In this document: positions 24,300 through 37,375 of the stretch, one piece after another
How the letters are laid out: every line of letters starts with the position of its first letter
How positions within the stretch are numbered: the stretch's first letter is position 1
NCBI RefSeq assembly: GCF_963921235.1
Contig: NC_086108.1
Span: 17,546,001 to 17,610,000 of the forward strand
Reading direction: 5' to 3'
Length of the DNA: 64,000 nt
DNA from: Mobula hypostoma
Taxonomy: Eukaryota
Notes under the pieces: generated by a model
What the model was told of the DNA's origin: nothing
Seen by the model: only the letters and a program-made list of their open reading frames with translations
The model's database searches: none
Made by a program: the position numbers and the translations under genes

Positions 24300-24730
24300 C
24301 CATAAGCCCGTAAGACATAGGAGCAGTAGACCATTCAGTCTATCGAATCTGCTCCACCATGGCTGATTTATTAATCCTCTCAAGCTTATTTTCCTGTCTT
24401 CACCCTGTAACCTTTGACATCCTTACTAATCAAGAATCTATCAACCTCTGCTTTAAAAGTACCCAGAGTCTTTTCCTCCATAGCCATCCATGGCATTGAA
24501 TTCCACAGATTCACCACTCTCCTCATCTCTGTTCTAAAGGGACGTCTCTCTATTCTGAGGCTGCGTCCTCTGGTCCTGGACTCTACCACTATAGGAAACA
24601 TCCTCTCCATGTCCACTCTATCTGGGCCTTTGAATATTTGACATTTTTCAATGAGATCCACCCCCCGCCCATTCTTCTAAACTCCAATGAATACAAGCCC
24701 AGAGATATCAAATGCTACACATACTCATTC
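24300..24730 (-). mobile_element. CR1 3' fragment
   Basis: DLIEKCQIFKGPDRVDMERMFP...RVVNLWNSMP. Confidence 0.8.
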
Positions 24731-25821
24731 TTGAGAACCTACCTTTCAGGTACACAGGCCAAACGCTGGCAAATGGCACTATATTGGAATGTTGTCTGGC
24801 ATGGACCACTTAGGCAAAAGAGCTTGTTTCCATGCTGTATGGTTTTATGACTTCCTGGTGAAACCCCACTCTAGAACAGGATGGCATCATGCAGGCAGTA
24901 CACCTTTTGTAGGAGATGCCTGTCCAAGGTCAAGGAGGGTATGAATTGCCACTCAGATCTCCAGTCCAATTCTCCCCTCACTTCAAAACCTGATTAAATA
25001 GCCAGTTACTCTGCTATTGTCAATATGGTCTTGCTCTGTTCAGAGTTAAAGCTGAATCTACCCTTACAACAGAAGATGTGCTTACTTCAGTTCTGTAAGG
25101 TGTAATCAATATGCCAGGTTGTAATTTTTTTCCCCTCACTAGTTCCCTGCAGGACTCGAGGTTAAAATTAGACATGTGCTCATTAGTGATGATGCGTCAT
25201 TGTGCAGAGGCCCAAGCAGAGATCAGCCAATGGAGAAGCTGCTTCCACATCTTGTCCCCTAGTCACTTAACAGCAATAACACGTCTCCAAGGAAACCACT
25301 TGAAGCTGGCAGCAACAGCTAAATAACTATCTACTTTTCCTTTTTAAAATAATGGAAACACCCCGACTCTCAGCACAGGGAACTGGAATAAATAAAAATG
25401 ATAAGCAAAATCATTGGGATTGCTGTTTCTTAAGAAGCTGGGAAACCCAACATGCATGGTCTTCCAATGGTGTCACTGAGCATCCTTAAAGTATGGCCTG
25501 TTATAATGGCTTAACCTGACTGTCCTGTTGACCCCTTTCTGTGGTCAGAAAAGAAGCAACAACTCTCCAAAGGTGATACAGTGCATCAACAGGCCCTGCA
25601 GACCACCACATCTATCCCCCTATTAAGTATCCATTTACAGCAGCCCTTTTCAATTCTTCCTCATATTCCAATCAATCTTCCAGTTTTTGTACATTGGGGG
25701 CAATTTAGTGGCCAATTAACCCTCGACCTGCATGCCTTTGAAATACGGGAGGAAACCAGAGCACCTGGGGCAACATACAACTCTGCACTGCTAGCATCAG
25801 AGGTAAGAATTGAATCCGGGT

Positions 25822-26730
25822 AACACACACAAAATACTGGAGAAACTCAGCAGGCCAAGTAGCATCTATGGAAAAAAGTACAGTCGACATTTCTGGCTAG
25901 AACTCTTTGGCAGGACTGCAGAAAAATGCTGAGAAGTAGATTTAAAAGGTGGGGGAGGGGAGAGAGAACCACCAGGTGACTGGTGAAACCTGGAAGGGGA
26001 TGGATGAAGTAAAGAGCTTGGAAGTTGATTTGAAAGAGACAGAAGACCATGGAAGAAAGAAAAGCGGGTGGTAATGGGCAGGCAAGGAAATGAGGTGAGA
26101 GAGGGAAAAGGGAGTGGGAAATGGAGAATGAGGGGGGCAGTTTAGGGGCATTACCGGAAGTTTGAGAAATCTTCACAACAGTGGAGGAGGACATGGATGA
26201 ACATATCAGAATGAGAATGAGAAATGGAATTAAAATGGGTGGCCATTGGGAAATTCTGCTTGTTCTGGCAGAAGGAGAGTAGATGCAGGGTGAAGCAATC
26301 TCCCAATCTACGTTGGGTCTCACCGATGTACAGGAAGCCATATTGGGAGCACCGAACACAGTATATGACCCCAACAGACTCATAGGTGAAGTAACACACA
26401 TAAAAGTTGCTGGTGAACGCAGCAGGCCAGGCAACATCTGTAGGAAGAGGTGAAGTGTCGCCTCACCTGGAAGGACTGTTTAAGGCCCTAGATGGTAGTG
26501 AGGGAGGAGGTGTAGGGGCAGGTGTAGCACTTGTTCTGCTTGCAAGGTTAAGTGCCAAGAGTGAGATCAGTGGGGATGGATGAATGGACAGGGAGTCGTG
26601 TAGGGAGAAATCCCTGTGGAAAGAAGAAAGTGGAGGGGGGGAAGATGTGCTTGGTGGTGGGATCCCGTTGGAGGCGGGTGTTTTGGAGAAATATGTGCTG
26701 GACACGGAGGCTGATGGGGTGGTAGGTGAA
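25822..26730 (-). mobile_element. Penelope-like element: GIY-YIG endonuclease remnant + pLTR with degenerate hammerhead (25881-25918)
   Basis: FTYESVGVIYCVRCSQYGFLYIGETQRRLGD...ATHFNSISHSHSDM is a PLE GIY-YIG domain; upstream CKxxKCYTCPY Zn-finger-like motif; CAGTC-CTGCCAA...GAAA-TGTC-GACTG. Confidence 0.85.
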
Positions 26731-26925
26731 TGTAATTGAATCCAGGCCTCCATCACTGAGACTGTGGCTCTAACCACTGCAGAACTGTGCTAATAAGGGC
26801 TGTAGAGACTCAGGAGTTGGAATCCATACTAACCTTTTGGACATTGGCGGAACGAAGGCAAAATCAAAAGTAAAATGGCAGATTCTGAAATGTTGCCTCT
26901 GTTTCTCTTCCCACAGATCCAATGG

Positions 26926-27303
26926 GACCAACCCCCTCCTTCTCCATTTCCCATCCTCTTTTCTCACTCTTACCTCACCTCCTTGCCTGCCCATCGCTTC
27001 CCTCTGGTGCTCCTTCCCCCTTTTTCCTTGTTCCATGGCCTTCTGTCTCTTTCAGCAATCAACTTCCCAGCTCTTTACTTCAATCCTCCCCCTCCGGGTT
27101 TCACCTATCACCTGATGGTTCTCTCCCCTGCCACCTTTTAAATCTACTCCTCAGCTTTTTTCCTCCAGTCCTGCTGAAGGGTTTCAGCCTGAAATATCGA
27201 CTGTACTTTTTTCCATAGATGCTGCCTGGCCTGCTGAGTTCCTCCAGCATTTTGTGTGTGCTGCTTGGATTTCTGGCATCTGCAGACTTTCTCTTGTTTG
27301 TGA
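26926..27303 (+). mobile_element. Penelope-like element 3' end/pLTR, inverted relative to 25822-26730
   Basis: Reverse complement of 25822-26150; hammerhead-like CAGTC CTGCTGA AGGGTTTCAGCCT GAAA TATC GACTG at 27166-27203. Confidence 0.85.
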
Positions 27304-27571
27304 TCAAATCCAGGTCTCCATCACTGTGAGACTGTGGCTCTAACCACAGCAGAACTGTGCTAATATGAAGTAGTAGCCAGAACCTAGGAAGGCAAACCGT
27401 AAGTCAGCCTGAATTACAAAGAGATTTGAGTACAAGAGGAATGGGGCTTTGGTGAAATTAGAAAGAGCTCTGAGACTTCACCTGAAATAATGCATACAAA
27501 GCTGGTATCCCTTCTAAGGGTATACAGGTTGCTCGCAAGTTACAAACACCTGACCGATGGACACCCCTTTA

Positions 27572-27963
27572 TATCATTATGTGCTGTGTCGTATGATGTA
27601 GAAGATCATGGTCTTCCTTTTCTATCCATGACCATGATTGTTCTTGGCAAATTTTCCAGTGGAAATGCTTTGCCACTGTCTTCTTCTGGCCAGTGTCTTT
27701 ACAAGATGGATGACCCCAGCCATTACCAACACTCTTCAGAGATTGTCTGCCTGCTGTCAGTGGTCACATAATCAGGACTTGTGAGATGCACCAGCTGCTC
27801 ATACAACCATCCACCGCCTGCTCCCATGCTTTCATATGACCCTGATGGGGGAGGGGGGTGCTACGCAGGTGCTACATCTTGCCTAAGGGTAACCTGCAGG
27901 CTAGCAGAGGGAAGGAGCACCTTACACCTCCTTTGGTAGAGAATCATCTTCATCTCATCACCC
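27572..27963 (-). mobile_element. RTE-associated SINE-like element (BovA/Sauria-like 3' half)
   Basis: Homologous to 58949-59294, which has GAAGGCGGCAATGGCAAACCACTTCT (BovA/RTE-type motif); its ACACAGCACATAATGAT tail resembles the RTE LINE tail at 31985. Confidence 0.75.
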
Positions 27964-29724
27964 AAAATAATAGACCTCTGATAATATTAGTAAATTCAAT
28001 GGTCGAAAATATATATGCATACAAGTTTATTCCTGCAAATACCAAAACTAACTCTCTTTCTGTAATAGTTGCCTCCTATTAGTTTGGTGTGTTTTTCATA
28101 CCATTACAATACAGTGGAGGTGTTGTTACCACAATCATAGCAAGTTATTTTTCTGTATTTTTGGACTTAAGGACACAATCAACTTGAGGACATCTGTAAA
28201 AGCAGAATTCATTCATTACCAGAGGATGGAATGCTCCTATGCAACAAAGATTTGTTGCTCCAGAGAAGGGCAAAAAGAAAAAGGGAGGACAGCAGGAGAA
28301 TGGGAAGTAGGAGGAGGAAAAATAAGTGGGGCTGGGAAGAGGTGTGAAGGTCTCTTCAGAGTATACTCCCTGAAGCTCAGAAGAGTAAAATCTTGAAACA
28401 AATGTATTTACTTATTTTTTTAAATGATGCAGATCTGGAACTGGGACCACAGCCACAAACTGAAGAGGAGGCCTTTCAGGGCAGAGTTCAGGGGAAATCC
28501 CTTTCAATATAGTTTGATAAATCTTCAAAATTTTCCATCCACGAGTTGTAGAGGCTCTGTATTGGAATCCACACTGACTTTTCGGACATTGGGGGAGCAA
28601 AGGAAAAATCAAAAGTAAAATGGCAAATGCTGAAACGTTGACTCTGTTTCTCTTCCCACAGATCCAATTGACAGGGCACAAAGGTAAAAAAAAACAGATC
28701 CGTGGTCTTAGTGAGTAGCTACACCAGCTTCTGTTTCTGATGTTCTCATCATGAGTTCAGGATTCTGGATGTGCCAGCACAGTAACAAACCATCTCCCTT
28801 TATATAATGAGATACCAGGGAGACAGACTGAATTAGATTCATTGATTGTAAAAAATGGACCCTTTCAGACCTGGCTATCCTCACACCCGCAAGCCTCTGA
28901 TGTCCTTTAATCGTTGGTCAGTACAAACTGAAATGCTGACTGTACAATGGCTTTGCTCTCCGAGGATGTGGGTGTAGCCCCATCACAGGTGGAACAGCTA
29001 TGTCCACAGATCAAGATTCCACAGGGTTCACCAGTGAGGAGTTTCAAGGTCACAAGTGATTCCCAGGGAGTGTGTCACTGTGCACAGGGGAGGGATTCCT
29101 GAAGAGAGCTGGTATCTATAGAAGACATCAGATAATGTATTTCTCTGCATTGAATGAACAAGAGGAATTCATACAGAACCCCAGGGACATCAACTAAAAA
29201 ACTTTCAAGCTAAATTAATTCTGATGAGATATTTATCTTCGGGGTCAGGATTAAGCGGGAATAGTGGCAGGATTTTACCCCCTAACATCTGCTAATCATC
29301 TGGATTCTCAACCTCTCTTCCCAGCTCAAATCAAATCACTCACTGATGATAGATAGTGAGAAGGATAGATATCACTACAAATGTGTTTAATATTGTCAGC
29401 CAAGGAACATGAATTATTCATGTTATTAAATTGTAAGACAGAAAATGAGATATTCCTTTGGTGCCTGAGTGGAGAGGCATTTATCAAAAATCACTCTGAA
29501 GTGGGGACAAAGATCTCCCCTCCCCACAAGCACTTCATCAATGCTGAGAGGAAGGCTAGTTGGCTTAACACAGGTTGCTAATAATACTCAATTATTCTGT
29601 TGTTGGAAGGGCACTTTCACCACCCATCCGCTTGCACCCCCCTCCCACACCACGTGTGACACTGGTGCTCAACATGGCTGCTCAGGCAGCTGCATCCACA
29701 GGTATTCATGATCCCAGTTGAAAA

Positions 29725-30330
29725 TTGAACTTGGGTGAAAAGTCAGAGGTCATGTTGCACATTGGTACCAATGGCATAAATAGAAGGAGTGATGAGGTCC
29801 TGTGCTGCAAATATAGGGAGCTGGGAGAGAATCTAATAGGCAGGACCTCAAGGACAATGATATCTGGATTACTCTTGATGCAAAAGGCCAGTGAGGGTAG
29901 GAATATAAAGATAGTTCAGGTAGAATGAGTGGCTGATGAGCTGGTTCAGGGGGGCAGAATTCTTGAATCATTGGAATCTCTTCCTGGCTAGGGGGTGACC
30001 TGCCCAAGGGAGAAGCGATGCACCTGAAATGGAGGTGGACCAAAATTCTGACTGGAAGATTTGCCAGTGTTACTCAGGAGGGTTTAGAGTTGCAGAGTTG
30101 TGCAGCTGATGAGAAATTAGGGGACAACACTGCAGTCAATGAGAGAAGATTTAGTTGTCAGGATAGACAGGAGATAGTAAAGGGAGAGAAACTGCACTAA
30201 TTTCGATGCAAGAGGCTCGACAAGTAAAGCAGATGAACATGATGTGGATTGGCTCTGAAGTCTGGGATATCATAGCCATAACAGAAATATGGCTTAGGGA
30301 AGGAAAGGACTGACAGCTAAATGTTCAGGA
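29725..30330 (+). mobile_element. Old CR1 ORF1 esterase/ORF2 start remnant
   Basis: EVMLHIGTNGINRRSDEVL; homologous to 5400-6000. Confidence 0.75.
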
Positions 30331-30404
30331 AACTGTGGCCCCTGGCTCTATATTAGCCAGAGGATACATGCTCCCTATAGCTAGCCTAACAGGTCCCATT
30401 AGAA

Positions 30405-30484
30405 CAGGGGGTCCCAGCCTTTTCTATGCCATAGATGCCTACCATGAACTGAGGGGTCTGTGGACCCCAGGTTGGGAACCTCTG
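30405..30484. mobile_element. 80-bp hAT MITE (same family as 830-909)
   Basis: CAGGGGGTCCCA...TGGGAACCTCTG with the same internal sequence; TSD decayed. Confidence 0.8.
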
Positions 30485-31817
30485 TGATGGAACTTTGTAC
30501 ATTTCAATAAAATCCTTCACGTTATTCAATAAAATCCTTCACATTTTAAAAACATGAATGATTACAGGTTTGGTTGATCCAATCCAATTTCTCCTCGTAT
30601 GAAAGCGCTGAAAGCCCAGATGAAGTATGCTGACCATTCACCTGTACTCCATGGCATTCAGTTTCATATCTTCTCAGTGAAAAAATAAAACAGTCCCCAC
30701 TGTGCCAGTCTGTAGCAATCCTGTAACATCAGCCCCGTTCTACCTCTTTTAGTCAATGCCACTTGGGGACAAGGTGCAGCTATCAGTTGAGAGCTGATCC
30801 AGGACAGCACCCTGGGCATATTCAGGCACTTCTCATTACTACCATCAGGAGCATGAATAAAAACACCCAGCATTTTAACAACAGCTTCTTCCCTCCTGCC
30901 ATCAAAATTGTGATCAACCCAAGAATCCATGAACACTATTTTACTACTTATGTCCTTTTTTGCATTACATATTTAAATTTTATATTTCTTATTACAGATT
31001 AATTTTTTATGTATTGCACTGTATTGTTGCCACAAAACAACTAATTTCAGTGATAATAAACCTGATTCTAATTTACTAGTCCCACACATCATGCAGTGGG
31101 TATTTGCATTGGTACCAACATTCACCTCTGCCACAGTGAACTTCAGTGGAATAATCCTTCACCCTTCCATTCACTCTTAAATATATAACATTCCATAATA
31201 ACTGAATTCTTGCCAAATACTGTGTTTCTGAAGCAACATTCAAGTTATGTACAAGTTAATGTGAGTTTATGTCAATTTGTGTTTGTCCTTGTCCTGTTCT
31301 GTGCTGCGATGAAAAGCTAATTTTCATGGCATTTATACCCTGTGTATGTTTTCCTGTGACAATAGAACTTGAATTTGAGACCCCAGTTCCTCAGAGGGTG
31401 TCTCAAATAATGCTCTGATCTTAGTAGGAGATTTGTAGAAAGCTGCACCCAGCAGCAAAGTGGACGGTTTCTTAAGCACATCCCAGTAATTACATTAATC
31501 ATTTTATGCAGGGTGTAGATTCCACCCAGTCCCATTCAAACCAAGTATGTAACACCCATCTACCTCACACATTTCTGTCTACATTGATATGCTTCAAAAT
31601 GGTCATTAAAAACAACTAATTGTACATTAATAATCTGAAAGAATTATTTTATACACTGTTACAACAGATGCTAATTGGCCTATTTAATCCATAAACCCTC
31701 AAAACAATCCCATTCATCCCAATCTCTTGTAAATTCTCTCTCACATGGACTCCACCTCCTCCTGCTCGACTGGCCCACTAATGTTACTCTTAAATACCCA
31801 CTGAAATAGTCTAATAA

Positions 31818-32418
31818 TGGGCAGCACGGTAGCATAGTGGTTAGCACAACACTTTAATTCCCGCCACTGCCTGTAAGGAGTTTGTACATTCTCCCCGTAA
31901 CTGCTTGGGTTTCCTCTGGGTGCTCCAGTTTCCTCTCACAGTTCAGTTGGTAGGTTAATTGGTCATTGGAAATTGGGCCATGATTCATCATCATCATCAT
32001 CAGGTGCCGTGCCCAGTTTGAGCTTTGACTGCTGTGGCCCACACACTCCTGTTTCGGGTCAAGTGGATCAATTCATTGGTATTCATTATTTCTCTTTTTG
32101 TGCTTGCTCTGTTCATGACATCCTCGTTAGATATTCGTTTCATCCATGATATTCTTTGCATCCTCCTCAAAAACCACATCCCTACTGCTTCAATTCGTTT
32201 CCTCATGTTACTAGACATTGTCCAACATTCTGATCCACATAATATAAATGGATAAACGTAACATTTCAGTACTCTGAGGCGGGTTGTCATGCCTAGTTTA
32301 GTGTTGGTCAGTATACTCTTTATTCTTGATTAGGCTAGGATTAAATCAAGTGATTGCTGGGTGTTGGGGCCTGAAGGGCTGAAAGGGTCTATTTCATGCT
32401 GTATCCAAATAAATAAAC
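31818..32418 (+). mobile_element. V-SINE interrupted by an RTE fragment
   Basis: GGGCAGCACGGTAGCATAGTGGTTAGCAC head and V domain; resumes after 32326; (AAAT/AAAC)n tail. Confidence 0.75.
31985..32326 (-). mobile_element. RTE-clade LINE 3' fragment
   Basis: RVLKCYVYPFILCGSECWT...WFLRRMQRISWMKRISNEDV...RNRSVW is the RTE ORF C-terminus; (GAT)n tail; TGATT duplicated. Confidence 0.85.
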
Positions 32419-33259
32419 AAACAAAATCATTCTATTCAGGGGACTTTGAGAAGTGGACAATAAAGATTGACTATGCCAGTGACACAAAGATCCAGAAAAA
32501 ACAAATTACATTAAATCCTCCACTTTAAGACAAACACTATGATTTTGGCTGTACGAGATCTAATTCAGAAGCAGCCGTATTTTCCTTTCAAGTTTACTGA
32601 AATATTTTTAATATGTTTGAGGTTATAAAAGACTGGCGGAATTATGATCAGGAAGGTTTCAGGGCAACATCTGTGACTCGAATGCTATAAATCCTACACC
32701 AAATCCTTTTTCGTTTCCTGCAATGAGATTTATTAATATAGCGTTGCTGTCTGGTTTAATTCAGATGATCTTCATGATACATACAGCTAATACCTGGGCT
32801 GGAAAACCTGAATGAAATCTCACAGGCACTGTGACATTCAGCTGCATGACTGCTGACTGCCGATGAGATGTATTCCAAATCAGTAGGCTGAGGTTACACA
32901 ACACATCACAAACTTTCCACCCAAACCCAGGCAAAATGCTTGGTGCAGTGTTGCAGGGCTCATCTTTCAGCTGAAAGATTTAACTCTCAGCTGATGTAAA
33001 AAAAATCCTACAGAGTCTCAGCCTTAATCAACATCTCTAAAGCAAATTAATTGATTGTTGCTGCACACACCCTGATGCATCAAAGAGACAAGTACAAGAT
33101 CTCACAGCAACATCCAAAACCAAGCCCGTACACCTGTTATGCTTTATTATCAGTCTGAGAAACTCCAAGGATGTTTGCATCATGGTAGATGTCCACACCT
33201 ACTAAACTACTCACTGATTAATACACTCTATTCTTTCTGTCAGTCTTTCCCAAAAACAA

Positions 33260-35735
33260 TATTGCCAATAGAAATGGGAAAGCCTTTGTTCATTGAGGCA
33301 CTGAGTTCAAGCTGGAGGAAGTAACATTCCAGCTTTACAAAGCTCTAACTGGGCCACGTGTGGAGTATTACATTCAGTTCTGGTTGCCCCATTTAGAGGA
33401 AGGATAGGGAAGTTTTGGTAAAGGTATAGAACGAGGATACTGCCCAGATTAGAGGGTATGAGCTGAAAGGAGAGGTTGAACAAATGCTGCCTGACCTGCT
33501 GAGTTCCTCCAGTATTTTGTGTGTGTGGCTTGGATGTCCAGCATCTGCAGATTTTCTCTTGTTTGTGTTTGAACTAATGGGGGTTAGTTTCTCTGGAGTG
33601 GTGGAAGCTAAGACAAGACCTGATAAAAGTTTTTATAAAATTTGTGAGCGCCATGGAGAGAGACAACAAAGATATCTTTTTATGAGGCCTGAAACGTCTA
33701 GCTCCAGAGAGTATATATTTAAGATGCAGGGTGGGGGGGGGGTTCAAAATGTGAAGTGTGGGGCAAGTTTACTCACATAGAGTGGTGGCAATGTGGAATG
33801 TGCTGTCAGGGTGGTATTGAAAGCAGTTAAGAGTTTCTTAGATGGCACATAAATATGTGAGAATGAAATGATATGGGACATGAGCGGGTTTCATTAGCTT
33901 AATTAGTTCAGTGCAAGATCATGGGTTGAAGGGCCTGCACACACACTATTGTACAGTTCTATATTCCATGTTCTAAAATCAGTGTGGATCTCAAAGGAAG
34001 CTCTTCTTGGACCTTTGTGCCTATCAAAAACAATGTATGCCTACAGTAACAATTAGCAACTGTGAGTACAGCTGTGGTTTCAGTAAACAAAAACAACAGG
34101 ATTCATCATGATAATTATTCAGAAATCCAAGAGCTAATTAACCACAGATTTGAGGCATTCTTGGATTGGAAACTCTAACATGCCTCAAAGAAGGGAAAAG
34201 GTTCACAAGAATGATCCCAGGATTGAAAAGGTTAACGTATGAGGAGCATTTGATGTCTCTGGGCCTGCATTCACTGGAGTTTAGAAGAATGAGAGGAGAT
34301 CTCATGGAAGCCTATCCAATATAGAAAGGTCTAGAGTAGACGTTTCCTATAATTGGGGAGTTTAGGACCAGAGGGCACAGGATTTCCCTTTAGAACAGAG
34401 ACGAAGAGGAATTTCTTTAGCCAGAGGATGGTGAATCTGCAGAATTCATTGCCAAAGTGGGCTGTGGGTAATCATTGGGTACATTTAAGGTGGAAGTTGA
34501 TAGATTCTTGGTTTGTAAGGATGTCAGGGGTACAGGGAAAAGGCAGGAGAGGAAAATACTGCAGATCAGCCATGATGGAATGGCAAAGCAGACTCGATGG
34601 GTTGAATAGCCTAATTCTGCTCCTGTGTCTTATGGTCTAAAAAGATCGTGCAGCTACCTGTTGCTCAAAGTTCAAACAAAACCCCAGGACCTAAAGACAC
34701 AAGTGGAAAGTGCACAAGGAGATCTAAAAACCACATTAGTGATGTGAAGAATTGAAATAGGACAGACACTAAAGATGTAATTTCCTCACCATCCACCTAG
34801 AGCCAAGAATGGATAGAGAGGCTGTCACAATTTGTTGGAAGAAGCATGCCAAGGACACCTCACCATACCCTGATCTTCATGGGATTCCATACCAAGCTAT
34901 CTAGACACCTCTGCACTGACCCAGGCACATAACATGTTGAGAAGGCAACACGTCAACCAAAAGATAATCAGACCTCTGGAGTTGATGGGTATTTCTGCTT
35001 CTTAGACTTGGCGGAGAAGATTCAAAAATACAGTTTTATAGATTCCCTTCCCACATGGAAGAGGAAGGCATTGCATCAGAGAGTCTTGCAGCAAGGACAC
35101 AGCCCAGCCTGTCCATCACAACTAAAATGCCCATCTAAGCAGACCCCATTTGCCTCCATTGCCCCATGTCCCTTTAAACCTTTCTGGACTATGTACCTGC
35201 TGAGGTGCCTCTTAAGTTTTGTTAATGTACCTGCCTCAACTATTTCCTCTGGTAGCTTGTTCCTTACATGGTTCTTGATTGAACATGGCATAGGTTCTTG
35301 ATTAGTCATGACATCAAGGATTACAGGAGAAGACTGGGACCTGGGGTTGAGGAGGAAATAGAAAAAAAAGGATCAGCCATGACTGAATGGCAGAGCAGAC
35401 TCGATTGGTCAGATGGCCTAATTCTGCTCCTATGTCTTATGGTCTTATGGACTACCTCTGTGTGAAAATAGTTGTCCCTCAAGTTCCTATTAAATCTCTC
35501 CTCTCTCAGTTTCTTAATCCTGGGAAAAAGATTATGTGCATTCAACCTCTTTATGCCCTGCATGATTTTATAAGTCATTCCTCATTCTCTTATGCTCCAA
35601 AGAAAAGTCCTACTTTGCCCGACCTCCCTCTATAATTCAGCCTATTAAATTATGCCAACATTCTTATAAATCCTTTCTGTATTCTTTCCAGCTTGATGGC
35701 ATATTTTCTATAGTAGTATGAACAAACCTGAACAG
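33260..35735. mobile_element. Cluster of old CR1 3' fragments (33260-33970 +, 34195-34640 +, 35075-35735 -) with a pLTR fragment at 33484-33570
   Basis: Decayed CR1 C-terminal codons and 3' UTR motifs. Confidence 0.65.
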
Positions 35736-36679
35736 ACATGTTAGAGATAGCAGAATCGTGACCATCTTTCATGCCATGAAGTAGATGAATCCAACTGCGA
35801 TAACTGTCAAGGAGCCTACCGCACAGGGAAATATCAAAAGGCCATCCACAATTCCAGCCTTTATTTAAAGCTACAAAAACCTTTGACTTTTGTCAAATGA
35901 GAGAGACCATGTAGATCCTTCTCAAATGTGCCAGACTGTAGAATTAACAAATGGTTTTTGACTTGGAATCTTAAATGCTTCTCTTTCCACAGATGCCTGC
36001 TGACTTGTTGAATATTTCCAACATTTTCTCTATCTTTCTAGCCTGTGCCTCTCTCCAAACAGCTTCCCACTGAAGAGAAGCTAATCTTATAGGATAAATG
36101 GAAAATTGTTCAACTAATGTCATCACTACTCCAGAACCAAGGTTATATCCAACTTCAGTCAGCAATTTGTAAGAGTAAGTACATGTTCAGAGCTCCAAGA
36201 CATTGTCAATACGTTCAGTGAGGGAGGTTGTCTCTCAACATCTCCCAATGCTGCCTACTAATGGATCACAACAAAAGCCTTGAAAATGCAGAGTATTTTG
36301 CATTTCTCGGGAGCAGCTTGAGCAAGGCAGGCATTGGTGATATCATTCACACTTTTCTTTATTAAGGCAGCAGTTACATTAGCAGTTTAAGAAAAGGGGT
36401 GTTGTGAAACAAATATGGCACAGAGTAATCCCCACCCTCCTTTTCACCTTTTTAATACTAGACTACCTACAGGAGACAGCACAAGACACTGGGAAAATAC
36501 AACCAATGCTCTCTACAAAATCCTCCAAATTAATTGCAGGGAGGAGCGAAAAAGATGGCACCAGCTGTTTTTGCAGACTCAGGCAACTACTTCTAGCTCA
36601 TCCACAAACAGCTTATTCTTCTTCTCTTCTGTCTTTCTTTTTTCAAGGTGGCTGGGGTTTTGTCGCAGTCCACGATCTA

Positions 36680-37375
36680 CAGTTCAATCTATGGTTCTTC
36701 GCAAACAGCGGGCTTTCAGACTGGCTGTGTGGTTTAGCACTTCTTAATCTCCAGGAATGGCTGGAAGATGTGAGCTCTCAGGGAGCGGCTTGGTGGGTGA
36801 TCGGTTCCTTGCCGATTTTGCTGACTGAAGTGTCATGGGAGACTAAAACATTGAGGCAGGAGGCGGTGTGTTTGCTAATTTTTGGCAGCTGTTGGAAGAA
36901 GGTCCCTGTACTTGAACTATTGAACTATATATCTCCCTCATTTTTGTCCTTGTGATGGGGTACTTGGAGAAGCCACGCAAAAGATTGTAACATTGGAACA
37001 GCGATTTGCTGGTTTCTGCTCTTGTTGTTGCAGGGCTAACCTTTCTTTCTCTCTTTCTCTCTCAATGGAGAAAGAGAGCCTCTCTGAGGTACCAAAGTGC
37101 TGGGTTATGGACCGGATCAAGGTCTTTTTTTTGGCGGGGGGAGGATTTTGCTGTTGCTTGCATGGTGTGAGGGATCAGTGCTTCTGCTGCTGCGAGAGGG
37201 GGCCGCGGGGAAGGGGTGATTGATGTTTTTGCTGCTGCTTGTGTGAAGGCTGGGGTGGGGTGCTTCGGTTTCTATAATTCATTCTATGGGGTTTCTTGTT
37301 TCATGCATGTCTGTGGAGAGTACAAATTTCAGGTTGTATACTATATACATTCTCTGATATTAAACAAACCTTTAA
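36680..37375 (+). mobile_element. SINE-like non-coding retroelement
   Basis: 3' end CAGGTTGTATACTATATACATTCTCTGATATTAAA resembles the element at 1-383. Confidence 0.45.

Noticed and set aside
27166..27203. Active hammerhead ribozyme at this copy (and at 25881-25918, 61208-61245)
   Set aside because: Core or stem mutations (CTGCTGA, CTGCCAA, TGACA for CGAAA) should abolish activity; recorded only as degenerate motifs.
34149..34189. 10-bp hairpin TTTGAGGCAT/ATGCCTCAAA, and a 22-bp tandem repeat at ~30503-30542
   Set aside because: Short enough to arise by chance or slippage; no supporting context.
36404..36955. 183-aa ORF with a signal-peptide-like N-terminus
   Set aside because: GTG start, runs from unique DNA into a repeat, no recognisable homology or splice support.
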